A DNA stretch of 64,000 bases, taken from NCBI GenBank assembly GCA_030429765.1, contig JAUIER010000010.1:34162-98161 (forward strand), given 5' to 3'. This document shows positions 19,214 through 26,996 of the stretch, in pieces (the first letter of the stretch is position 1; the number at the start of each line of letters is the position of its first letter). The translations under genes and the position numbers were made by a program. Below the pieces are notes generated by a model, which was not told the DNA's origin, did not search any database, and worked only from the letters and a program-made list of their open reading frames with translations. Source of the DNA: a bacterium (GTDB lineage: Bacteria > Omnitrophota > Gorgyraeia > Zapsychrales > Zapsychraceae).

Positions 19214-19582
19214 ATGAAAAATTATCTATCTATCATCGCACTAGTTTTCGGATTAATCATCACAGCCGGCGCCGGCGACGTTGCCGCATTGGAAAGCGAA
19301 GCCAACCTAAACGTGCACGGTGTAGTTATTGATATCGATGCGGAGCAAATCATTGTTCAGGAAATCAAAGAAGAGGGTGACCAGATCAGCCAGTTTGAGA
19401 TCGCGATCAGCAAAGACACATTGTTCACGGAAGATACCGGCAGCCAAGACATCACTCAGGGTGACGAAGTTGAGATCGAGTACATTGAGACGGAAAACGG
19501 TAAAGTCGCGATCCAGATCCTGGAAAAGGCGTCACTTGAAGCTGAACTGGAAATGGAATCAGAAATTTTGGAGAAGCTGTAG
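19214..19582 (+). CDS. Small acidic exported protein (OB-fold/DUF5666-like)
   Basis: AAAGGA RBS, signal peptide; G.V..ID...I.V...I..DT.F......I..GDEVEIEY pattern. Confidence 0.65.
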   Translation: MKNYLSIIALVFGLIITAGAGDVAALESEANLNVHGVVIDIDAEQIIVQEIKEEGDQISQFEIAISKDTLFTEDTGSQDITQGDEVEIEYIETENGKVAIQILEKASLEAELEMESEILEKL

Positions 19583-19614
19583 CTTAGTCCATAACAAACT
19601 CCCCCGAAACACCC

Positions 19615-19651
19615 GGGTGTCGGCGCCCCTTGTCCGGCACCCATCTTTTTT
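19615..19651 (+). terminator. Probable intrinsic terminator
   Basis: GGGTGTCGG / CCGGCACCC stem followed by ATCTTTTTT. Confidence 0.6.
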
Positions 19652-19673
19652 CTCCCAACTCAGGAGGTCAATC

Positions 19674-20036
19674 ATGAAGAAAGTTATCCTCATCATCGAC
19701 GATGAAACCCGGATCAGGGAAATCTATCAGAAGCTGTTTCATGCCGTTGGGCAAACCGTATTCGATGTTATTCTTGCGTCGGATCTTGAAGGGATTTTTG
19801 ATTGTCTGAAAAATCGACCGGTGGACCTGGTCTTGCTGGATATCCGCATGCCGCATATTGATGCCCGAGAAATCGCGGCGATGATCCGGGATTTTAACCC
19901 ACGCATCAAAGTCGTTGTAGCAAGCGTGTATCCGATCGACAAGCAAAAACGGATTATCCCGGAGGCCGAAGAGTATTACGATAAATCCGAAGGGCCTCTC
20001 AAGCTCCTGGAAACCGTCACTTCTGTTCTTACATAA
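19674..20036 (+). CDS. Single-domain response regulator receiver (CheY-like)
   Basis: ILIIDDE, DLVLLDIRMP, YYDK; AGGAGG RBS before ATG 19674. Confidence 0.88.
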   Translation: MKKVILIIDDETRIREIYQKLFHAVGQTVFDVILASDLEGIFDCLKNRPVDLVLLDIRMPHIDAREIAAMIRDFNPRIKVVVASVYPIDKQKRIIPEAEEYYDKSEGPLKLLETVTSVLT

Positions 20037-20070
20037 TCTTACTGATCAAAACCCCCAAGGAGATGCATCT

Positions 20071-20373
20071 ATGAACCACCTATTCCAACGAATCTTCACT
20101 GTGATCGCCGTCATTATCCTGGGCTTCTTAGCGATTCGCCTGGCCGACAAGAATATTCATGTCTATGAAACCATGGCGTATGCACAATATCTCCGGACCG
20201 ATGAGGAGCGAACGGACTACATCATCGAGATCGGACGCATGTATCTTGAGCAGAAAGATTACCTGCAGGCGCGCGAAGCCGCCGAGTATGTCATCTATAA
20301 CTATGACGGCGAATCGGCCGAAGCCTGGGACATCCTGGATATCTGTCGTCAGAAGTTAAGGAAGGATCTATGA
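20071..20373 (+). CDS. Small membrane-anchored helical (TPR-like) protein
   Basis: AAGGAG RBS; N-terminal TM; paralogous to the next ORF. Confidence 0.7.
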   Translation: MNHLFQRIFTVIAVIILGFLAIRLADKNIHVYETMAYAQYLRTDEERTDYIIEIGRMYLEQKDYLQAREAAEYVIYNYDGESAEAWDILDICRQKLRKDL

Positions 20374-20645
20374 TCAAGACTGCTGAACGATGGTCGCTCT
20401 TCCTGAATTACTCGCGCATGCTCAGCCAGTCCCTGGATGAAATTCAGGATTCAGCCGGCGAACTGGATCCTCAAAAGCGTGTCGATTTTTTACTCGAACG
20501 GGCCCGCCACTGTATGCTGTTTAAGGCCTACAATCACGCGGCCGTTCTCGCCTGGTTTGTCCTCAGTGAGATTGATCATGAATCAAGCGAGGCCAAACGC
20601 ATCCTCAAACAGACCTACCGATTGATTTTCCTGTCCCAGCCATAG
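20370..20645 (+). CDS. Small helical (TPR-like) protein, paralog of the preceding ORF
   Basis: ATGA overlap, AAGGA RBS; shares Y..A...A..V....D.ES.EA..IL motif. Confidence 0.65.
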   Translation: MIKTAERWSLFLNYSRMLSQSLDEIQDSAGELDPQKRVDFLLERARHCMLFKAYNHAAVLAWFVLSEIDHESSEAKRILKQTYRLIFLSQP

Positions 20646-20760
20646 AATTCCGCCTCGGCGGGACCAGCGGGCCTAACCGTATTTTCCTGTATCTTCGACC
20701 CGTATTTTTGCTATAATAAGCCCCTTGAAAACGTATATCCATCCAACCTCATTCAAATAA

Positions 20761-22389
20761 ATGTCTAAGCGAAAAAGAACTATCTTGATCGGTCTGATCT
20801 TGCTATTGTGCGTGATCGTGCTGCCGCTTTATTTTGTGCTCTTTACCTCCAAGGGGGGCGAGTTTGTCATTCGCCAGGCGTTAAAGCATTATGCCTTAGA
20901 GGAGAATATTGAGGTGAAGCGCGTTAATGGGACGATCTATCAAGGGATTCATTTTGAGGATGTCGGAATTGCAGGGCTTAAGCAGCTGCCGGGTGATCTC
21001 CGGGTGAATATCCAGGACCTGAGCGTACGTTTTTCGGCGTTGAATCTTGAGGGGTTGCGTGTTGAGGTGGTGAATGGTCAAATCAAGTTTCCGGTTTCCG
21101 ATCCGGTGGTGATTCAGGCCCGGGTGGTTGGTAAGCGGATCCAGGCGAACGTAATCGGCAAAGGACTCCAGGTGGAAGAGGTGATCACCTATCTGCCGGT
21201 TGACCGGCGGAAAATGATTCCATCTCTAAAAGGTCGTTTAACCAACGTTGATGTGAAGCTGGCCGGTCCCTACAAACGTCCGGATATTTCCGGATCTGCT
21301 TCGGTTGATAATCTGAAGATTGCGGGGCTGCCGCAATTGCCTGGTGAGATTCGGGTCGATATTCAGGACATGGATTGGACTTTACCGTCCTTGAAGCCGG
21401 AAGGGATGATTGTTCAGATCGACAATGGCCGGGTCAAGCTCCCGGTTTCTGATCCGCTCGTGATTCAAGCCAAGATCAACGGCCGACGGATCGAGGCGAA
21501 CGTATTTAGCAGCGGTCTCGATGTGGAGGAAGTGATGACCTATCTGCCGGTTGATAAACGCGAGATCCCCGCTCTTCAGGGGCGATTAACCAATGTCGAC
21601 ATTGATGTGACCGGTCAATATGATCGTCCGGATATTTCAGGCTCCGTTTTTGTTGACGAAATCAAACACAGTAAGGCGACCCTGGCACAGGCCCCGGTAC
21701 AGATTGACTTGGAGATGATTGATCAGTTGGAGCAGATGCGTCCCCGCGGAGATGTTAAGCTCGAGTCCGGATCGGTCAAGGCCAGTAAGACACAGATCGA
21801 GCTCAAACCAAGCCGGGTCATCTTTCACGGCGAGAAGGACGATCCGGACTTACAAATCAACGGGCAATCCCGAATCAGTCAGGTCGACATCAGTATCGAA
21901 GTCAGAGGTGCGGTGGCGGATCCGAAGATCAGTCTGAATTCAGAACCGTCCTTGCCGAAGGAGCAGCTGCTGCTCATGCTGGCGACCGGTCAGAAATGGC
22001 CGGGTCTGGATAAATCGATCAATAATGGGTCTATTTCACCGGAGCTGGCCAAGGATTTTGTGCGGTATTTCGCCTTTGGAGGGTCCGGCAACACGCTGGC
22101 GCAACGGGTGGGACTGGACGATCTGAATGTTATAGTTGGAGAAAATCGACGGGGCGTCGGCGCGCGTAAAGAAATTGGCGATAAACTCGAAGTCAAATAT
22201 CAGATCGAAAGAGAAACAGATGCGCTGCTTGGAGAGCAGACCACTCAAACCGTCGGCGGAGCCTATCGGGTGACTAACCGGATTTCATTAGACATCCAAA
22301 AAGAGTTTCGTCAATCCGACAATCTGAATCCTGACGCCGAGGAGACCGAGCGCTCCGAGATTATGCTGAAGTACAAGCGCAGTTTTTAA
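20761..22389 (+). CDS. TamB/AsmA-like (DUF490) envelope bridging protein with internal duplication
   Basis: N-terminal TM; C-terminal I.F.G...DP.L.I...V.G...DPKI.L.SEP.LP.EQLL..L.TG motif; ends LKYKRSF. Confidence 0.75.
   Translation: MSKRKRTILIGLILLLCVIVLPLYFVLFTSKGGEFVIRQALKHYALEENIEVKRVNGTIYQGIHFEDVGIAGLKQLPGDLRVNIQDLSVRFSALNLEGLRVEVVNGQIKFPVSDPVVIQARVVGKRIQANVIGKGLQVEEVITYLPVDRRKMIPSLKGRLTNVDVKLAGPYKRPDISGSASVDNLKIAGLPQLPGEIRVDIQDMDWTLPSLKPEGMIVQIDNGRVKLPVSDPLVIQAKINGRRIEANVFSSGLDVEEVMTYLPVDKREIPALQGRLTNVDIDVTGQYDRPDISGSVFVDEIKHSKATLAQAPVQIDLEMIDQLEQMRPRGDVKLESGSVKASKTQIELKPSRVIFHGEKDDPDLQINGQSRISQVDISIEVRGAVADPKISLNSEPSLPKEQLLLMLATGQKWPGLDKSINNGSISPELAKDFVRYFAFGGSGNTLAQRVGLDDLNVIVGENRRGVGARKEIGDKLEVKYQIERETDALLGEQTTQTVGGAYRVTNRISLDIQKEFRQSDNLNPDAEETERSEIMLKYKRSF
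20959..21657 (+). repeat. Tandem intragenic duplication of about 117 codons
   Basis: Units start 20959 and 21310 (351-nt offset); shared IAGL.QLPG..RV.IQD, PVSDP.VIQA, VEEV.TYLPVD, GRLTNVD, RPDISGS..VD. Confidence 0.9.
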
Positions 22390-22406
22390 TTTGTTGACAA
22401 AGCTGT

Positions 22407-23201
22407 ATGATATTTAAACGCAATCGATCCAAAAACAATTATACGCATCCGGATGAACCCAAACATGTGCACTTTGGCTATGAGCATGATCAAAAGCCCA
22501 AGGATCATCTGCGGGTGGTCACATATAACATCGAATACGCCAAAAAGATCAAAGAGGCCATTGAGCTGATTGAAGGGCATGAAAAGCTCAATCATGCCGA
22601 TATATTCTTTCTTCAGGAGATGGACGCTGACGGTGTGCGTCGGCTCGCGGCGGATTTGAAATATAATTTTGTCTATTATCCGGCCGTCGTTCATCCAACG
22701 TCCAGGCGGGATTTTGGAAACGCCATTCTGAGTAAATGGCCTATCTTGAATCACAGCAAAATCATATTGCCGTATGAAGATACAAGAAAGCTGCAACGCA
22801 TCGCGGTCACCGCGGAGATTGAGATCCATGGTATCCGAATCTTTTTAATGTGTGTTCATATGGGGCTGTGGCTGAAGGCCGAACAGCGGGCCAAGCAGAT
22901 GGAAGCCGTGGCTTCCGTCATCAAGCCTGACATGCGTTACTGCATTGTGGGCGGAGATTTCAATACCTTCACTAAAAAAAGTTACCATGCGGTTATTGAT
23001 CCATTCTTGAGCCGTGATTTTCAGTTAGTGACAAAAAATATCGCCTGGTCTTATAAGCATTGGTATATTCTCAACAAGAAAAATCGATTAGATCATATTT
23101 TCGCCCGTTGTATGCGGTTGATCGAGACCGACAAGGTCATGTCCAAGAAGCCCAGCGATCATTTTCCGGTCTGGGCTGAACTGGAGCTGATCACACAATA
23201 A
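22407..23201 (+). CDS. Endonuclease/exonuclease/phosphatase (EEP) family protein
   Basis: VVTYNI, LQEMD, GNAILSKWP, GGDFN, LDHIF, SDHFPV. Confidence 0.92.
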   Translation: MIFKRNRSKNNYTHPDEPKHVHFGYEHDQKPKDHLRVVTYNIEYAKKIKEAIELIEGHEKLNHADIFFLQEMDADGVRRLAADLKYNFVYYPAVVHPTSRRDFGNAILSKWPILNHSKIILPYEDTRKLQRIAVTAEIEIHGIRIFLMCVHMGLWLKAEQRAKQMEAVASVIKPDMRYCIVGGDFNTFTKKSYHAVIDPFLSRDFQLVTKNIAWSYKHWYILNKKNRLDHIFARCMRLIETDKVMSKKPSDHFPVWAELELITQ

Positions 23202-23203
23202 TT

Positions 23204-24658
23204 ATGGAACAATTAATCCCGTTTCTGGTCGTTTCGTTTTATATCTACCTGGTCATCACCGTGGTGTTGCTGTTACTGGATAACCGTGAGCCGTCGTCAA
23301 CGTTGGCCTGGGTCTTTGTTTTTCTGCTGTTTCCGATCGTGGGTGTATTGATATATATCTTCGTGGGACGAAACTGGCGGCGGACGAACCGCAAGACTAA
23401 ACTCAGTCAGCAGTTTGTTGAAAAACAGTTAGCGGAAATCCTGTCGCCGCTCGTCAACCGTCAGGAAATTGAAATTCGCAAGCTGTCCGAACATCAGACG
23501 CTGTGTAAGAAAAAGAAACTGTTTCACCTGCTCGCGGAAAGTTCCAACTCAATTCTTACCACCACCAATGACATTACGGTCCTTCAGGATGGCCATGAAA
23601 AGTTTGAGCGGCTAAAAGCGGATTTGCGTGAGGCCCGGCAGTTCATCCATCTGGAATATTTTATTTGGCGTAATGATCAGCTGACCGAGGAAATCAAGGA
23701 TATCCTGATTGAGCGAGCCCGTCAAGGCGTAGAAGTGAGGATTCTCTACGACGCGATCGGCAGCATCTTCCTTAAGAAGGCCTATATTGAATCTCTACGG
23801 CGCGAAGGCATTCATATTTACCCTTATTTTAATTTCCTGTCGTTGTTCAAGATTCACACACTGAATTATCGGAATCACCGTAAGATCGTTGTTGTTGATG
23901 GCAAGGTCGGATACAACGGCGGGATGAACATGGGACAAGAATATGTCGATGGCGGCAAGCGATTTGATATGTGGCGCGATTCGCATCTGCGGATAGAGGG
24001 CGAATCCGTCGCTGTTCTTCAGGGTGTCTTCACGACGAGCTGGTTTAATACCACGGAAGAGAATTTATTTGACCCCAAATATTTCCCGCGCGTGATGCAT
24101 ACGGATGACGGGGTGCCGGTGCAGATCACGACATCCGGACCGGATTCGCAGTGGCCGTCGATCAAGCATTTGTATTTCACCTTGATCTCCCAGGCGGAGA
24201 ATACCGTTTATATCCAGTCGCCGTATTTTGTTCCGGATCCGAGTGTTCATATGGCCCTCAAGATGGCGGCATTAAGCGGGCTGGACGTGCGGGTGATTAT
24301 CGCCGGCGTGCCGGATAAGCGGTTGCCTTATTGGTCGGCGTACACGTATTTCAAGGATCTACTCAAAGCCGGTGTGAGAATCTTTCACTATCAGAAGGGA
24401 TTTATGCATGCCAAGACGATCATGATTGATTCTGAGATCTGTTCGGTGGGAACGGCGAATATGGATGTGCGAAGTTTTCACCTTAATTACGAGATCAACA
24501 CCTTGATCTATGATGACCAGTTGACCAAATCGCTCGAAAACGATTTTATGACCGATCTCAAGGATTCGCGGGAATTTACGCTGAGGGATTATGGTCGCTT
24601 AAATGAAGCGGTAAAATTAAGAAATTCATTGGCGCGCTTATTGGCGCCGTTGTTATAA
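23204..24658 (+). CDS. cls: Cardiolipin synthase
   Basis: PLDc N-terminal TMs; two HKD motifs (RNHRKIVVVDG, MHAKTIMID); NMDVRSF.LNYE. Confidence 0.95.
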   Translation: MEQLIPFLVVSFYIYLVITVVLLLLDNREPSSTLAWVFVFLLFPIVGVLIYIFVGRNWRRTNRKTKLSQQFVEKQLAEILSPLVNRQEIEIRKLSEHQTLCKKKKLFHLLAESSNSILTTTNDITVLQDGHEKFERLKADLREARQFIHLEYFIWRNDQLTEEIKDILIERARQGVEVRILYDAIGSIFLKKAYIESLRREGIHIYPYFNFLSLFKIHTLNYRNHRKIVVVDGKVGYNGGMNMGQEYVDGGKRFDMWRDSHLRIEGESVAVLQGVFTTSWFNTTEENLFDPKYFPRVMHTDDGVPVQITTSGPDSQWPSIKHLYFTLISQAENTVYIQSPYFVPDPSVHMALKMAALSGLDVRVIIAGVPDKRLPYWSAYTYFKDLLKAGVRIFHYQKGFMHAKTIMIDSEICSVGTANMDVRSFHLNYEINTLIYDDQLTKSLENDFMTDLKDSREFTLRDYGRLNEAVKLRNSLARLLAPLL

Positions 24659-24684
24659 TCGATATTATATACGTAAGGAGCAGT

Positions 24685-25716
24685 ATGGTACTTTTGTGGA
24701 TTGGAATCGCTATCTGCATTATTCATTCGGCGATGTTTTCGGGGCTGAACCTGGGATTTTTCGGGTTGAGCCGTTTAAAATTGGAAGTTCAGGCGGACCT
24801 GGGGGACAGAGATGCCATGCGTATCTTAAGTCTCCGCAAGGACGCGCACTTTTTGTTAGCCACCTTGCTGTGGGGTAATGTGGCGGCCAACGTCCTCTTG
24901 GCGCTGTTATCCGAATCGGTTTTGACCGGGCTGGGTGCATTTATTTTCTCCACCGTCGGGATCACGATGTTTGGTGAGGTCTTTCCGCAGGCGTACTTGT
25001 CGCGAAACGCGCTGAAGGCCAGTAAGATCCTCGTGCCCGTTGTCAGTCTATATCAAATCCTGCTGTATCCGATTGCCAAACCCACGGCGATTATGCTCGA
25101 CAAATGGCTGGGCAAAGAGCGGGTCGGTTATTTCAAAGAAAAAGAGATCATGCATATTTTGAAGAAGCATGCTCACTCTGAAGACGCCGACATCGAGCAT
25201 CTGGAAACCCAGGGGGCCATGAACTTTCTTGAGCTGGATGATATCAAGCTTCGGGATGAAGGCGAGACCATCAATCCTTTGAGTATTATTCCGTTGGAGG
25301 TCAACGACAAGGGCTTGCCGTTGTTTCCTGAGTATCAGCGGGATCCCAATGATCCGTTTTTGCAGAATATTCACGCATCGCGGGAAAAATGGGTGATCCT
25401 GACGGACTACAAAGGCAAGCCGCTCTTGGTCCTCAACGCTGACGACTTTTTGCGGGATGTGATGTATGCCGATGAGGTCAAGAGCATCTATACCTATTGT
25501 CATCGGCCGATTGTGATCACGCAGGCCGGAATGCGGCTGGGTGAGGTGATATTCCGTTTTAAAGTTCACGCCGAACACAAAGAGGATGATGTGATCGATG
25601 ATGATCTGATCCTGTACTGGAAAAAGGATAAGCGGATCATCACCGGAGCTGATATTCTGGGCCGTTTGCTGCGCGGGATCGTCAAACGCATTGAACAGCC
25701 GACATCTTCATTATAA
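24685..25716 (+). CDS. CNNM/DUF21 domain membrane protein
   Basis: SAMFSGLNLG, LLATLLWGNVA.N, FGEVFPQA, YPIAKP.A..LD. Confidence 0.85.
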   Translation: MVLLWIGIAICIIHSAMFSGLNLGFFGLSRLKLEVQADLGDRDAMRILSLRKDAHFLLATLLWGNVAANVLLALLSESVLTGLGAFIFSTVGITMFGEVFPQAYLSRNALKASKILVPVVSLYQILLYPIAKPTAIMLDKWLGKERVGYFKEKEIMHILKKHAHSEDADIEHLETQGAMNFLELDDIKLRDEGETINPLSIIPLEVNDKGLPLFPEYQRDPNDPFLQNIHASREKWVILTDYKGKPLLVLNADDFLRDVMYADEVKSIYTYCHRPIVITQAGMRLGEVIFRFKVHAEHKEDDVIDDDLILYWKKDKRIITGADILGRLLRGIVKRIEQPTSSL

Positions 25717-25764
25717 ATCTAATTACCTGTGCAGCAGTCATTTAGATTTCTGTCCGAAAATAAG

Positions 25765-25794
25765 TTGGCACGGCTGGAAATTGTCGACTATACT
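25765..25794 (+). promoter_or_regulatory. Putative sigma70 promoter for the riboswitch leader
   Basis: TTGGCA-18 nt-TATACT just upstream of the structured leader. Confidence 0.5.
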
Positions 25795-25818
25795 TGAAGT
25801 GATGGTTCCATAGAACCA

Positions 25819-25941
25819 TTCACGAAACGGCAAACCCGGGGTAACCCGGGGACCCGGATATCTTTGGATATCTGGCGGTCATCATGCATGACCGGCAAAG
25901 CCAAGGATCCTTTACTGAGGATAGCCTAGCTACCGAATGAA
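25819..25941 (+). ncRNA. c-di-GMP-I (GEMM-I) riboswitch aptamer, variant with a 41-nt insertion
   Basis: GGCAAAC, P2 CCCGGG-GTAA(GNRA)-CCCGGG-GAC, [insert 25854-25894], GCAAAGCC, P3 GG-ATCCT..AGGAT-AG-CC, CTACCGAA; P1 TTCACG/CGAATGAA. Confidence 0.8.
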
Positions 25942-25963
25942 GTTTGAAGTCTTTTCCTGGTAG

Positions 25964-25999
25964 AAAGTCTGTCCTTAGTCATAAGGGCGGACTTTTTTT
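25964..25999 (+). terminator. Intrinsic terminator (riboswitch expression platform)
   Basis: AAAGTCTGTCCTTA-gtca-TAAGGGCGGACTTT plus T-run, between the aptamer and the downstream RBS. Confidence 0.88.
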
Positions 26000-26018
26000 G
26001 TTGAGGGGGGAGAAGATT

Positions 26019-26492
26019 ATGCGACGATTGATTCTGACAGCCACGATTGTAGTATCAGCACTGCTGAGCACCACGGTATGCCATGGCGAGCCGCCCGGTG
26101 CAGCGCCAAACCATCCACCGATGATCAATAAGGCCATCTCGGATTCATCGGCCTATGCCGTTTATAAATCGCACAACAAAGTGCGGTCCGGCGAAATCAA
26201 GTATCTTATCCATTTGATCAAAAAGAGTGAGTATAAAATCGTCCGCGAGGGGCGTGAGTACTCGGCGACGCAGGCTGCGCAGTATTTGAATATCAAGTAT
26301 AAAACACATGCCTTGAAGATCAGCAGCACGGAAGATTTTATCGATACCTACGCGAGTTACACCAAAGCGGGAGATCCCATTTATGTCGTCAACCGCAGCG
26401 GGAACACTTTTTTGGCGCGTCAGGTGCTGTATAGCGAGCTCAGACAATTACGCGAATTCGAAAGCCGAAGCCTCAGTCAGGCCGGAATGTAA
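26019..26492 (+). CDS. DUF5329-like exported protein
   Basis: GAGGGGGG RBS, ATG 26019, signal peptide ending CHG; EI.YLI..I..S.....R.G.EYSA..AA..L..KY......ISS.EDFI...AS....G.P.YV pattern. Confidence 0.7.
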   Translation: MRRLILTATIVVSALLSTTVCHGEPPGAAPNHPPMINKAISDSSAYAVYKSHNKVRSGEIKYLIHLIKKSEYKIVREGREYSATQAAQYLNIKYKTHALKISSTEDFIDTYASYTKAGDPIYVVNRSGNTFLARQVLYSELRQLREFESRSLSQAGM

Positions 26493-26531
26493 TCAACGCG
26501 AAACCTTTCAAACACAGCGAGGTGTGATATA

Positions 26532-26990
26532 ATGCAGACGAAAACCAAACCGGCCAGTGCCAAATCCAAGTCGAAGACGAAATCGATGAAAAAATTATAC
26601 CGGATCAAGAAGGAACATAAAATCGCGGGTGTTTGCACCGGACTCAGTGAGTACCTGGAAGTCGACGCCGTATTTTTCCGGTTATTTTTTGTGGTGATGG
26701 TCTGCATGGGCGGTCTGGGTTTTCTGCTGTACGGTGTGATGTGGCTGTTGGTTCCGGAGAAATCCCGTGCGAAAGCGCCCGCGCCCGGCAGTATGCGGCT
26801 TTACATTTCCAATAAAGATAAAAAAATCTACGGGGTTTGCGGAGGTTTAGGCGAGTATTTCGATCTGGATCCGATTATTTTCCGGATCGCTTTTATCGTC
26901 GGTGCGTTTATGGGCGGAGTCGGAATTTTGGCGTACATTATCATGTGTTTTATTGTCCCGCAAAAGAATTCCCGTCGTTCAAAAAGCTAG
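26532..26990 (+). CDS. Tandem PspC-domain protein
   Basis: Two KLYR....KIAGVC.GL.EY...D....R..F....GG.G...Y...W..VP repeats. Confidence 0.9.
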   Translation: MQTKTKPASAKSKSKTKSMKKLYRIKKEHKIAGVCTGLSEYLEVDAVFFRLFFVVMVCMGGLGFLLYGVMWLLVPEKSRAKAPAPGSMRLYISNKDKKIYGVCGGLGEYFDLDPIIFRIAFIVGAFMGGVGILAYIIMCFIVPQKNSRRSKS

Positions 26991-26996
26991 ACCTAG

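Noticed and set aside
19329-19673. N-terminal 115 aa of the 235-aa ORF (apparent extended response regulator)
   Set aside because: It overlaps the real upstream gene in another frame and crosses a terminator; AGGAGG supports ATG 19674.
20648-20663. Short palindrome TTCCGCC-TC-GGCGGGA as a REP-like repeat (loose look-alikes near 11574 and 31264)
   Set aside because: No convincing second copy in the window; a genome-wide count would be needed.
25765-25782. TTGGCACG as a sigma54 -24 element for the riboswitch leader
   Set aside because: There is no TTGC at -12; it fits better as a sigma70 -35 paired with TATACT.
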